NCBI GenBank assembly: GCA_965261735.1 | Contig: OZ253470.1 | Location: forward strand, 2,944,001-3,008,000 | Direction of reading: 5' to 3' | DNA from: Alphaproteobacteria bacterium | GTDB lineage: Bacteria > Pseudomonadota > Alphaproteobacteria > SHVV01 | Length of the DNA: 64,000 nt | In this document: one piece after another, positions 1 to 9,332 of the stretch | Position numbering within the stretch: position 1 is the first letter of the stretch | How the letters are laid out: each line of letters begins with the position of its first letter | Program-made: the position numbers and the translations under genes | Notes under the pieces: generated by a model | Told to the model about the DNA's origin: nothing | The model's database searches: none | The model's input: the letters and a program-made list of their open reading frames with translations, nothing else

Positions 1-1
1 G

Positions 2-109
2 GCGCGGCGGCCGACAAACGTGGTGCTGGTCGCCATGGCCAATAAGACAGCCCGTGTCGCCTGGGCACTGCTCAGGTACGAGCGTATCTACCGACCGACG
101 CCGGCATAG
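2..109 (+). CDS. IS110/IS1111-family transposase (recombinase), C-terminal end; 5' part outside window
   Basis: Manual translation ARRPTNVVLVAMANKTARVAWALLRYERIYRPTPA* matches the IS1111 C-terminal motif A(M/L)ANKxARxAWA. Confidence 0.88.
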   Translation, partial: ARRPTNVVLVAMANKTARVAWALLRYERIYRPTPA

Positions 110-361
110 CCAGCTGGCAAACCGGGATCAAATTGCGAGGGTGACGACGATTTGATGGCGAAACAGGGTTCCACCCGAGATCGGCCAAACCCGAGGCATT
201 GTCCGAGCATCAAGCTCGTTAGTCTGACTGGGCGTCGATCTTTCGGATTCCATCAGGGCCAGCGGTCAGCGTACCGCAGCGAAAAGGCCGGATACATGAC
301 TGCAAGCTCTACCGCCGATTCAAATCAGTTTTCCCCTTGCAACACCGGGGGCGTCCATACA
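110..361 (+). ncRNA. IS1111-type 3' non-coding end encoding a putative bridge/seek RNA; element right end at ~361
   Basis: ~250 bp non-coding tail after the transposase; TTGCAA -35-like box and subterminal IR GGGGGCGTCCAT 3 nt from the end; internal segments match the junction (292-300 = 357-365) and the flank (195-203 vs 363-371). Confidence 0.8.
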
Positions 362-390
362 TGACAGTGCCCCCGCGTTCTTAGTCACGG

Positions 391-488
391 TGTGGGTAAG
401 AATGTGGGTAGGAAAGAATCTTCTACCGAAAAATATGCTTGTTATCAATACTTTATGTTGTTTCTTTGGTGGACCGTGGCTCCACCAT
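391..488. other. Possible integrative-element end (att/arm-type sites)
   Basis: TGTGGGTA direct repeat (391-398, 403-410), AT-rich tract, and TGGTGGA...TCCACCA inverted repeat with a tRNA/tmRNA-like 3' end CTCCACCA. Confidence 0.4.
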
Positions 489-609
489 TGCTTTAGAAGG
501 GGTTAGGCTGATACGGCTTAACCCCTCGTCGTTTCGGCCGACCACAAAGTGACCACGCGAACGAAGCCAAGGGGTGGCCGAAGTCTGCCCGTTGCGTCTC
601 GAAGGCCTG

Positions 610-679
610 GCTCAACGCGTTCACGCACATGGCCTCGCGCAGGCTCAAGGAAACCGGAATCCACGTGAACGCGTTGAGC
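610..679. repeat. Perfect 16-bp inverted repeat (small palindromic/MITE-like element)
   Basis: GCTCAACGCGTTCACG (610-625) / CGTGAACGCGTTGAGC (664-679). Confidence 0.7.
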
Positions 680-761
680 GATGACGGACCGTCCGGCGGA
701 TTTCTTTCGCGATGGTGATGCGATCTTCTGGTAGGCGGGCGTTCATCCATAGGGGTGCATC

Positions 762-1388
762 ATGAAGATTGGCGTTATTGGTTCAGGCAACATCGGTGGC
801 ACGCTCGCGAGCCTCTTGCTCAAGGCCGGACACGAGGTGGTGATCGCGAACTCTCGCGGGCCCGAGAGCCTCAGCGAGCTGGTCGCGAAACTCGGTCGCG
901 GAGCCTCCGCCGCATCGGTCGAGGAGGCCGCGTCCTCAGGCGACGTCGTCATCGAGGCCATTCCCTTCAGCAAGCTAGACACGCTTCCCCGCGCGGAGCT
1001 CGAGGGCAAGGTGCTGGTCACCGCCTCCAACTACATCCCGCGACGCGATGGCGAGCTCGACCTCGGCGGGCTCACGCAGAGCGAGTACCTCCACCGCCTC
1101 GTGCCCAAGACCCCTATCGCCAAGGTCTTCAACACCATCTACTGGGAGCACCTGCTCGCCGAGGGCAGCACCAGCAAGGCGCTGGCGGAGCGACGCGTGC
1201 TGCCGTTCGCGGCCTCGGATGCGCAGGCGGAATCCGTTGGCCGGCAGCTCATCGAGGAACTCGGATTCGGACCCCTCTTCTTGGGCGACCTCGCCGGGGT
1301 GCGCGGGCTCAGCGAGCCTGGTGATCCCCTCTACAACAAGCAGCTCACGCTGGCGCAAGCCCAGAGCATGATCACCGCCCAGAGCTGA
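762..1388 (+). CDS. NADPH-dependent F420 reductase-like NAD(P)-binding oxidoreductase
   Basis: MKIGVIGSGNIGG Rossmann motif, ANSRGPE, KVFNTI. Confidence 0.85.
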   Translation: MKIGVIGSGNIGGTLASLLLKAGHEVVIANSRGPESLSELVAKLGRGASAASVEEAASSGDVVIEAIPFSKLDTLPRAELEGKVLVTASNYIPRRDGELDLGGLTQSEYLHRLVPKTPIAKVFNTIYWEHLLAEGSTSKALAERRVLPFAASDAQAESVGRQLIEELGFGPLFLGDLAGVRGLSEPGDPLYNKQLTLAQAQSMITAQS

Positions 1389-1405
1389 CAGAGCCCCGGC
1401 CGGGA

Positions 1406-3289
1406 CTACGTCCCTCCGAGACGGGTCTTCTCCGCGCCGAGGCCGGCGGGTGCATCGTCGAACGACGCATAGTTGTAGGCGCACAACGTGGCATAGAGAC
1501 CGCCCTCCGCGATCAGCACGTCGTGGGGGCCGCTTTCGACGATGCGGCCGTCCTGCAGCACGATGATTCGGTCGGCGCCGCGTACGGTCGCGAGGCGGTG
1601 GGCGATAACGATTCCCGTGCGCCCCCCGAGCAGGCGCTTCAGTCCGATCTGGATCTTGCGTTCGGTATAGCTGTCGACGCTCGCGGTCGCCTCATCGAGG
1701 ATCAATATCTTCGCGTCGGCGACCAGCGCGCGGGCAAAACTGAGCAGCTGGCGTTGGCCGAGCGACAGGTTGCGGCCTAGCTCCACGAGTACCGTGTCGT
1801 AGCCGTCGGGCAATCGCACGATGAAGTCATGGGCGCCGACCACGCGGGCCGCGTTCTCGATGTCGTCGCGCGTCGCGCCCGCCTTATTGAACCGGATATT
1901 CTCGTAAATCGTGCCGGTGAAGAGATAGGGATCCTGCAAGACCATCGATACGTGGCGCGCCAACGACGCCTTGGCGTAATCGCGCACGTCCCGGCCGTCG
2001 ATCAGGATGGCGCCGTCCCACACCTCGTAGAAGCGGTGTAGCAGGGCGGCGATGCTCGTCTTGCCGGAGCCGGTCGGGCCGACCAAGGCGACCGTCTCGC
2101 CCGGGCTGACCGTGAAACTCAGGTCGTGGAGGACGGGGCGGGCCGCTTCGTAGCCGAACGTCACGGTACGAAATTCGATCCTACCCTCGATCTCGTCCGG
2201 ATCCGCCGCGCCGGGTCGGTCGGTGATGGCGAGCGGTACGTCGAGCACCTCGAATATCCGCTGACCTGATGCCATGGCCCGCTGCATGACGCTGTACTGG
2301 GTGGTGAGCGAGCGAATCGGGTCGAAAAAGCGCTGGACGTAGAACACGAACGCGACGATCACGCCGATGTCGAGCGCATCGTCAAGAACTAGCGTGCCGC
2401 CAAGGACGATGACGATCGCGAGGGCCACGCCGGTCAAGGTATCGACGATCGGCACCATGGTCTGGCCGAGCTTGGCTGCCCGCAAATGCGCCTTCAAGTT
2501 CAGCCGCGCCTTTTCGTCGAACAAGCCGGCGTTGACCGTTTCGCGGCGCATCGCCTGAACCGTGCGCACGGCACGAATGCCTTCGGCCAGCGCCCCGTTG
2601 ACGACCGAATTGGTTTCCCGGGCAAGGCGGAAGGCGCGCCGTGCCTGGGGCAACCAGACGATGCGCACGAGAAACAGCGTCGGCACGATGCCGAGCGTGA
2701 GCAACCCGAGCTCGAAGTTGAGCGCGAGCATGATCACGACGATGCCGAGTAGCAGCACGAGGTCGCCGATTGCCGTGATCGAATTGTCGAGGAATTCCTG
2801 CAGTGCGTTCACGTCGCCTTGCAGGCGCGACATCATACGGCCGACCTCCGTCCGATCCATGAAGGACAGGGCAACGTCCTGGAGGTGCGCGAACATCGCT
2901 CGCCGGAGATCGAAGATCACGCGCTCGCCGGTCCATCCCACGAGCCAGTCCTGTAGCCAGCTGGCGGCGTAATTGATCGTGATCACGGCCGCGAAAACGG
3001 CGATCGCAATCGACAGGAGCGCCGCGTCTCCGCCGCCGGCCATGATGGCCTCGTCGATCGCGCGGCGCACGATCAACGGAATCGCGAGCTGACTCCCGGT
3101 GAAGGTGAGCACGGCCAGGACGGCGATCACGACCGCCCGGCGATAGCCCTGGATGTAGGACATGAAGCGGCGCACCACCTTGCGGTCGAAGGCGGCGCCA
3201 AACATCTCCTCGTCGCGGCTGATCTGTGAGCCGACAACGGCGCGCAGCTTGCGGGTAGTGCTCGCCTGAGCGGGATCGGCCGCAGTCAT
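1406..3289 (-). CDS. ABC exporter, fused permease/ATPase (subunit B of heterodimer)
   Basis: TM domain, Walker A GPTGSGKT, signature LSLGQRQ, Walker B ILILDEAT; start overlaps the partner's stop. Confidence 0.92.
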   Translation of the reverse strand: MTAADPAQASTTRKLRAVVGSQISRDEEMFGAAFDRKVVRRFMSYIQGYRRAVVIAVLAVLTFTGSQLAIPLIVRRAIDEAIMAGGGDAALLSIAIAVFAAVITINYAASWLQDWLVGWTGERVIFDLRRAMFAHLQDVALSFMDRTEVGRMMSRLQGDVNALQEFLDNSITAIGDLVLLLGIVVIMLALNFELGLLTLGIVPTLFLVRIVWLPQARRAFRLARETNSVVNGALAEGIRAVRTVQAMRRETVNAGLFDEKARLNLKAHLRAAKLGQTMVPIVDTLTGVALAIVIVLGGTLVLDDALDIGVIVAFVFYVQRFFDPIRSLTTQYSVMQRAMASGQRIFEVLDVPLAITDRPGAADPDEIEGRIEFRTVTFGYEAARPVLHDLSFTVSPGETVALVGPTGSGKTSIAALLHRFYEVWDGAILIDGRDVRDYAKASLARHVSMVLQDPYLFTGTIYENIRFNKAGATRDDIENAARVVGAHDFIVRLPDGYDTVLVELGRNLSLGQRQLLSFARALVADAKILILDEATASVDSYTERKIQIGLKRLLGGRTGIVIAHRLATVRGADRIIVLQDGRIVESGPHDVLIAEGGLYATLCAYNYASFDDAPAGLGAEKTRLGGT

Positions 3290-5121
3290 TCGCCGGCCTC
3301 CGGCGCGGCGCTCTGCGATTCGGCTCGGCTCTGAAGAGCCTGAAGCGCGGCGTACTTGCCGCCGCTCGCGATCAACGACTCGTGCGTGCCGCGTTCGATC
3401 ACCGCGCCGTCCTCGATGAAGAGGATCTCGTCCGCGTGCTTCAGCGTGCTCAGGCGATGAGACACGATGATCGTCGCCCGCGAGCCCGCATCGGCCATCA
3501 GGGCCTGATGGATGAGCCACTCGGTCCCGGCGTCGATCGACGCCGTAGCATCATCGAGAAGGAGGATGGCAGACCGCAACAGCGCGGCGCGCGCTATGGT
3601 CACCCGCTGTTTCTGGCCGCCCGACAGCGAGACGCCGCGTTCGCCGACCAAGGTTGCGTACCGATCCGGTAGGGCATCGACAAATTCGCCGATCTGCGCG
3701 CTCGAGGCGGCATCGCGAATGTCGTCCTCCTCGGACCAGGGATCTCCGTAGGCAATATTGTTTTCGATGGAGGACGTGAACAGAAAGGGGTCCTGCTGCA
3801 CCACGCAGACGGCGTCACGCAAGGAATCGGTGGTGACGTCACGGATGTCCTGGTTATCGATCGTGATGCGGCCGCCGGTCACGTCGTAGTGGCGCGGCAG
3901 CAGTTGGGCGATGGTCGATTTGCCGCTTCCGGGCGGGCCCACGATTCCCAGGGTCTTGCCACGCTCGACGGTAAACGCGACATGGCTAAGGACAGGGTGG
4001 TCGGCGTCTCCGCCGTAGCCGAAGGACACGTCCTCGAACCTTACTGAGCCGTCGCCGATCTCGAGCGCCGCGGCGCCCTCCGAATCCCGGATGGCAGGCT
4101 CGAGGTCGAGCACGCTGAACAACCGACCGCCGCAGGTCGAGGCGCGGGCGAAGGCATTGACCACCATGCCGATCTGGCGCACCGGCTGTTGCAGGATGGT
4201 CATGAAGGCGAGGAACTCGGTGAGCGTCCCGACGGTCATCCCGCCATTCAGCACGCGCAGGCTCCCGGCCCACAGCACGAGGCCCATGGCCGTGAAGAAG
4301 GCGAACGTCATCGCGCTGCTCGCCGACGAGCGGACCGCGATGCGCTGGCGCGAGATCGCCAGTGCGTCGTTGGAGGCGTCATCGTACTTGCCGAGTTCGT
4401 GGCCCTCGGCGCCGAAAGCGCGCACCACGCGAATGCCGGTCATGTTCTCGTCCATGATCCGACCCAGCATCGCAAGGCTTTCCTGCAGCCGAAGCCACAG
4501 CCCCCTAAGCCGAAGGCGAACGGTGGCGGACTGCCAGGCGACAAAGGGAACGAAACTCAGGCTCAGGGCGCCGAGCACCACATCGGTCGAAAGCATCAAG
4601 GCGCCTCCCGTCGATATCAGAATGACGAGGAGAACCGAGCGCAGGATGCCCGTGTTGACGAGCATGCGGACGCCCTCGATATCGAGGATGCCGCGCGTGA
4701 CGAGATCGCCGGTGTGCGCCCTGTCGTGAAACGAAAAACTGAGCTGCTGGAGCTTCTCGTAGAACCTCAGCCGTAGGTGATATCCGATAAGGTGGCCGAT
4801 CGACTCGCCGCCATAGTTGTGGACCAGCGTGAACCCGCCCCTGAGGACCGACGCGCCGAACAGGAGGCCGGCCGTGGCCCATAGGGCGTCTCGCGCGGTT
4901 TCGATATCGATCACCGCGTCGTCGAGCGACAGCAGCGCGCTGTCGACGGCATCCCCGAGCAGCCGGGGAATGGTCAGCTGAAACGCGGCCGCAAGAATCG
5001 TGGCGCCGAGGGCGATGGCGATGCGCCATCGGTAGCGCAGGGCGAGGCTCGCAATGCGCCACAGAATCGCAAAGTCGCCGCCCGCCGGGCGGCCCTTGGG
5101 AAGATCCTTAGTCGGCATCAC
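3286..5121 (-). CDS. ABC exporter, fused permease/ATPase (subunit A, degenerate Walker B)
   Basis: GPPGSGKS, LSGGQKQ, LLLDDAT (E>D degenerate site typical of heterodimeric exporters). Confidence 0.92.
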   Translation of the reverse strand: MMPTKDLPKGRPAGGDFAILWRIASLALRYRWRIAIALGATILAAAFQLTIPRLLGDAVDSALLSLDDAVIDIETARDALWATAGLLFGASVLRGGFTLVHNYGGESIGHLIGYHLRLRFYEKLQQLSFSFHDRAHTGDLVTRGILDIEGVRMLVNTGILRSVLLVILISTGGALMLSTDVVLGALSLSFVPFVAWQSATVRLRLRGLWLRLQESLAMLGRIMDENMTGIRVVRAFGAEGHELGKYDDASNDALAISRQRIAVRSSASSAMTFAFFTAMGLVLWAGSLRVLNGGMTVGTLTEFLAFMTILQQPVRQIGMVVNAFARASTCGGRLFSVLDLEPAIRDSEGAAALEIGDGSVRFEDVSFGYGGDADHPVLSHVAFTVERGKTLGIVGPPGSGKSTIAQLLPRHYDVTGGRITIDNQDIRDVTTDSLRDAVCVVQQDPFLFTSSIENNIAYGDPWSEEDDIRDAASSAQIGEFVDALPDRYATLVGERGVSLSGGQKQRVTIARAALLRSAILLLDDATASIDAGTEWLIHQALMADAGSRATIIVSHRLSTLKHADEILFIEDGAVIERGTHESLIASGGKYAALQALQSRAESQSAAPEAGE

Positions 5122-5242
5122 AGCGGATTATAAGGGGAAGCAAAGGGCATCTGTTGCGGTGCTTGCGCTTCGCGGCAGCGAGAGAGCCTCCGCTCTGTTC
5201 TTGGACTGTGGCCCAATCCGGATCGGTTAAGCTCGCCGGAGC

Positions 5243-6193
5243 ATGCGCGGGCACGAGCAACGACACCATCGAGGGGCGGTTAGCCGGAATACGGTCCTAG
5301 CCGCGTACCTGCTGCTCGGCATCGCCGCCCTCTGCTGGTCCGGCAACACCATCGTCGTGCGCGCGGTCCACGCCGAGATCCCGCCGTTCGGGCTCGCTTT
5401 CTGGCGAAGCATCCTGACGATACTGGTCCTCTTCCCGTTCTTCCTGCCGCGGTGGCGACAGCAGCTTCCCATCCTGCGCGGGCACTGGAAGCTCGTGATC
5501 GTCCTCGGCCTCACCCAGTTCGTCGGCGGGCAAGCGTTCATGTTCCTCGCGCTGCAGACGACGACAGCGGTCAACGCCGGCCTCCTCAACGCCACCGAGC
5601 CGATCATGACGGTGCTCGTTGCTTGGCTGCTTATCGGCGAACGCTTCAACCGCTGGCAGGGTCTGGGCATCATGATGGCTTTGACGGGTGTCGTCATTAT
5701 CGTGCTGCGCGGCGACCTCGAGAGATTGCTGGTCCTTCGATTCGTCCCCGGCGATCTGTGGATCCAGCTTTCGATGTTGAACTGGGCGGTCTACGCCGTG
5801 CTCCTCAAGAAGTGGGCGCCAGCCGGCCTGCATCCTTTCGTGCTGCTTTTCGCGATGTCGATCCCGGCCTGTGTGACGCTCCTGCCGCTCTACGTCGCGG
5901 AGATGACGTTCACCGACAGGATGATCGACCTCAGCTGGGGCACCGCCGCGGTCGTTGCCTACCTGACCTTGTTCGGGACCGTCATCGGCGTCGTCTTCTC
6001 CAACGTCGGCATCGCTCGGATCGGGCCGAGCCGCGCCGCCAGCTTCAACTATCTGATTCCGGTGTTCACGGCCGTGCTCGCGGTCGTGCTGCTGGGCGAG
6101 CGGTTCCAAAACTACCATTTCGGCGCCATCGTCCTTGTGTTCTCGGGCGTGTGGCTCGCCAATCGCGCGCACCGCCGCAAGCCCGCCGTATGA
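5243..6193 (+). CDS. DMT/EamA family transporter
   Basis: ~10 TM helices; WSGN, ALQTTTAVNAGLL, IGPSRA motifs. Confidence 0.88.
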   Translation: MRGHEQRHHRGAVSRNTVLAAYLLLGIAALCWSGNTIVVRAVHAEIPPFGLAFWRSILTILVLFPFFLPRWRQQLPILRGHWKLVIVLGLTQFVGGQAFMFLALQTTTAVNAGLLNATEPIMTVLVAWLLIGERFNRWQGLGIMMALTGVVIIVLRGDLERLLVLRFVPGDLWIQLSMLNWAVYAVLLKKWAPAGLHPFVLLFAMSIPACVTLLPLYVAEMTFTDRMIDLSWGTAAVVAYLTLFGTVIGVVFSNVGIARIGPSRAASFNYLIPVFTAVLAVVLLGERFQNYHFGAIVLVFSGVWLANRAHRRKPAV

Positions 6194-6323
6194 GCCGATC
6201 AAGTGTCGCCGAGAGAGTGTCCAACGGCTACCGGCTCCGTCAAACAGACGTTGCCACATCCGAGGCGCTACTATGGCGGCATCAAATCGTGCAGAGCATG
6301 AATCAATCGCGGGAATCAACACG

Positions 6324-6692
6324 ATGAACGACGTACCGAATCCTACCGAGGTGGTCGAGGCTTATGTCAAGGCGGTGCGCGCGAGCGACCTCAAGGGGCT
6401 GCGTGCGGTGTTCGCGGACGATGCCGAAACCTTCGGCTTGCCGACGGAGTGGATGGAGAGCGGCCACCTCAAGGGGGCCGACACCATCGTTGCCTTTTAC
6501 GGCGAGCTGCTCGAAGACCGCGGCGGCGCCAATCCACATCCTGGCCCCCTGATGGTGGTCGGCGACCGTGTCGCTGTCGAAATCGACGTGCATCACCGCG
6601 ACTACATCGAAGAGGTCTCCGACTTTTTCACGATCAAGAGCGGCAAGATCACCCGCCTCGCGGTCTACTGCGGCCGCAAACGCGCGAAATAG
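6324..6692 (+). CDS. SnoaL/NTF2-like family protein
   Basis: VVEAYVKA...DLKGLRAVFADDA...GDRVAVE...GKITRL pattern. Confidence 0.75.
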   Translation: MNDVPNPTEVVEAYVKAVRASDLKGLRAVFADDAETFGLPTEWMESGHLKGADTIVAFYGELLEDRGGANPHPGPLMVVGDRVAVEIDVHHRDYIEEVSDFFTIKSGKITRLAVYCGRKRAK

Positions 6693-6781
6693 GGCGACCG
6701 CCGTCAGGCCAGGATGCGGATCGTGGTTTCCCGATCCCGCCGGCTCGACTACCATCGGAGGCCGAACTGCGGGAGCAAACT

Positions 6782-7468
6782 ATGTCAGGTAGTGCAATGA
6801 AGCAGGGATCGCGCGTGGCCAGCCGTGTCGCGCCACTTCTTTGGGCGGCCGGATTGGCGCTGCTCGCCGGTCTTGTCGGTTCCTCGCCCGCTGACGCGGC
6901 AGGCGTCGAGCCGGTCGGGATCGTCGAATCGATCGAAGGTGAACCCACGGTCATCCGCGCCGACGCCGAAGAGGCCAAGCCGCTTTCGCTTCATGCGCCG
7001 GTCCATCTACAGGACATCGTCGAGACCGACGAAGACTCGCTGGTGGCGATCACGTTCGTCGACGACACCACGATCACCCTCGGTGAAGACACCTCGATCG
7101 AGATCAACGAGTATCTCTACGATGCCGGCGCGGAGAAGCGTTCCGCCCGATTCACGGTCTCGGAAGGCATCATCAAGGTGGCGGTGAGGACGATATTGCC
7201 GGATTCGCAGTTCGAGGTGCAGACCAGCACGACGGTCGCATCCGTGCGAGCGACCGTGTGGGTGAGTGAGACGCGCTCCGACAGAACGGCGCTCGTCGCC
7301 CTCGAGGGCAGCGTTGCCGTGCGCAGCGCCGACCCCGGCATTGCCGGCGAGGTCGTCCTCGAATCGGGCGAGGGCGTCGAGGTCGGAATGGGCCAGGCGC
7401 CGGCTACGAAGGGGCGCTGGCGGCAGGGCCGGATCGCTGAGTTCAAGCGCCGCACCACGATCGAGTGA
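6782..7468 (+). CDS. Exported FecR-domain protein
   Basis: Signal peptide; VG.V..IEG, D.VET, F.D.T.ITLG, T.T.VASVR.T FecR-domain motifs. Confidence 0.8.
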   Translation: MSGSAMKQGSRVASRVAPLLWAAGLALLAGLVGSSPADAAGVEPVGIVESIEGEPTVIRADAEEAKPLSLHAPVHLQDIVETDEDSLVAITFVDDTTITLGEDTSIEINEYLYDAGAEKRSARFTVSEGIIKVAVRTILPDSQFEVQTSTTVASVRATVWVSETRSDRTALVALEGSVAVRSADPGIAGEVVLESGEGVEVGMGQAPATKGRWRQGRIAEFKRRTTIE

Positions 7469-7968
7469 GCGCGGCGAAGGCGTTCGTGCTCAGGTGGTCC
7501 GCGCTCCTTGCGGTCGGGTTCCTGGCTGCGGCCTGCGTCCTGGTCGATGTCGAGGCGGTGCGCCGCATGACCCCCGAGGGGCCGAGCCTCAACGCCGCTC
7601 TACACGCGGCGTATCTCACCCGTGCCGATTCCGAGCTGGCGCGGGGCGATCGGCTCGCGGCCAGCCTGTTCGCCTACAAGGCGCGCGCCGCGGCACGGGG
7701 TGAATACGTGCCGCCGGAAGCCCTTGAGGATTGGAGCCCGGAGCAAGCGAGCCGAAGCCGGCTTGCGATAGCGCGCTCCCGCCTGATGGTCGCACTCGCC
7801 GGAACGCGGCGCTTCAAGGCGCCCGAGGAGGCCGCGCGGGCTCAGGTCACGTTCGACTGTTGGATCGAATCCGAGCGCGAGCGGGCGCCGGCACAAGGGG
7901 CCGGCGACTGTGAGGCCGAGTTTCGCACCGCCCTCGTCGCACTGCGGCGCACACTGGGGGATCGGTGA
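7465..7968 (+). CDS. Putative lipoprotein resembling the N-terminal helical domain of alphaproteobacterial OmpA-family proteins
   Basis: LAAAC lipobox-like motif; P..AARAQV.FDCW.E...C motif; no C-terminal peptidoglycan-binding domain. Confidence 0.6.
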   Translation: MSAAKAFVLRWSALLAVGFLAAACVLVDVEAVRRMTPEGPSLNAALHAAYLTRADSELARGDRLAASLFAYKARAAARGEYVPPEALEDWSPEQASRSRLAIARSRLMVALAGTRRFKAPEEAARAQVTFDCWIESERERAPAQGAGDCEAEFRTALVALRRTLGDR

Positions 7969-7974
7969 GGGCCG

Positions 7975-8380
7975 ATGGGCTGGCTGAAGAGGATCAGCGA
8001 GCTGAGAATCGGCGTCGCGTCGGCGCTGCTGACGACCATCGTCTACCTCATCCTGATCGAGACCGCGCCGCTGCGCATCCTCGAGGGGCAGGCCCTGGAC
8101 CTGCGGTTCCGCCTGCGCGGCGCCCTGGCGCCGGGCGGCGATATCGCCATCGTCCAGATCAACGACCAAAGCATCGCGCAAGAGGGCCGTTGGCCCTGGA
8201 GCCGGCTGAAGTTCGCGGAGGCGGTGCGCTGGCTCGACGAAGCTGGGGCACGCGTCGTGGTCTTCGATCTCCTGTTCGGCGAGCCGCAGGAATCCGTCGC
8301 GGTGGCCTCGCTGAAAAAGATGCGCAAGGCGATGGCTCGCCTCGGCGAGGCCGAGCCCGAAAACCGCGATACCGCACTAG
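7975..8380 (+). pseudogene. CHASE2-domain sensor (probable adenylate/guanylate cyclase) truncated by IS5-family element
   Basis: DLRFRLRG, IAIVQINDQSI..GRWPWSR, GARVVVFDLLF.E; interrupted at CTAG 8377-8380. Confidence 0.8.
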
Positions 8381-9332
8381 CAGGGTGCTGAAAAAGTCAT
8401 CATTGCCGGGCCTTGAACTCGGATTCATCGCCGAAATGAAATGAGATTTCGTGTCTTAGGGTGAAACCGTCTTCAATCTCGACCGATCCGATGCCCTGGG
8501 CTTCGTCCAGTTCGATGATCTGCCACTTTGCGGTCAGCGGCGTGCCGGTATCGCCCGTCATGTTGGCGCCTCCGCCAGCAGTCTGGGTAGTCGGACGAGG
8601 TTGTAGGCGGCCAAGGCCAGGGTGAACGAAGCGTCGACCCGGTGGCGGCCCCGGAATTTGGTCTTGCTCAATCCCGCGCTCGTCTTGACCCAGCCGAAGA
8701 CCTCCTCGATGCGCTTGCGGCAACGTTGGCTGACGCCGTAACCGGGATGGCGCGTCGTGCGCCCGTCTATCTTGGTCTTGCGCCGCTTGCCGGTCTTGGT
8801 GACGTGGTCCTGGACGGCGATATGGGGGGTCACCTTGCGGTGCCGCAGTTCCTCGACAAAATCCGCGACGTCAAAACCCTTGTCCCCGCCCACCGTGATC
8901 CGACGCCGCCCGCCTCTACTCTCCACCGGGCGATGCCTGTCGATCAGATCAAGGGCGGCTTCGCGTTCCGCCGTGCCCGACGCAATGGTCACGCCGCCGC
9001 CGACTGCCAGACCATGGCGGTTCTCCGTCAGCGCATGGCCCATGTAACACAGCTTGCTTTCCCGGCCATTACCCTTGCGATAAAGCCGGGCGTCCGGATC
9101 AGTGGTGCTTGCATGGGTCGCGTTCGAGCGTTTCTCGCCATGAAAATCCCGCGCGGCGTTGCGCCCCGATCCCCCGTCGCCATCGTCCTCACCTTTGGGA
9201 CGAAAGCTCTTCATCGACGCCCAGGCCTCGATCAATGTTCCGTCTACCGAAAAATGATCCCGGCTCAATAGTCCCCCTACCTTGTGGTGCTGGATAACCC
9301 CCGCAAGCAGCTGCCCCGAAACCTCCGCCTCC
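8381..9332 (-). mobile_element. IS5-family (IS1182-like) element, 5'-truncated
   Basis: Terminal CAGGGTGCTGAAAAA after CTAG; transposase motifs DHFSVDGTLIEAWASMKSF, DKGFD, RKRIEEVFGW; stop at 8558. Confidence 0.85.

Noticed and set aside
152-364. 70-aa ORF downstream of the IS110 transposase
   Set aside because: Overlaps the non-coding bridge-RNA end; no protein motif
467-488. tRNA gene
   Set aside because: Only a 3'-end-like CTCCACCA; no cloverleaf or T-loop
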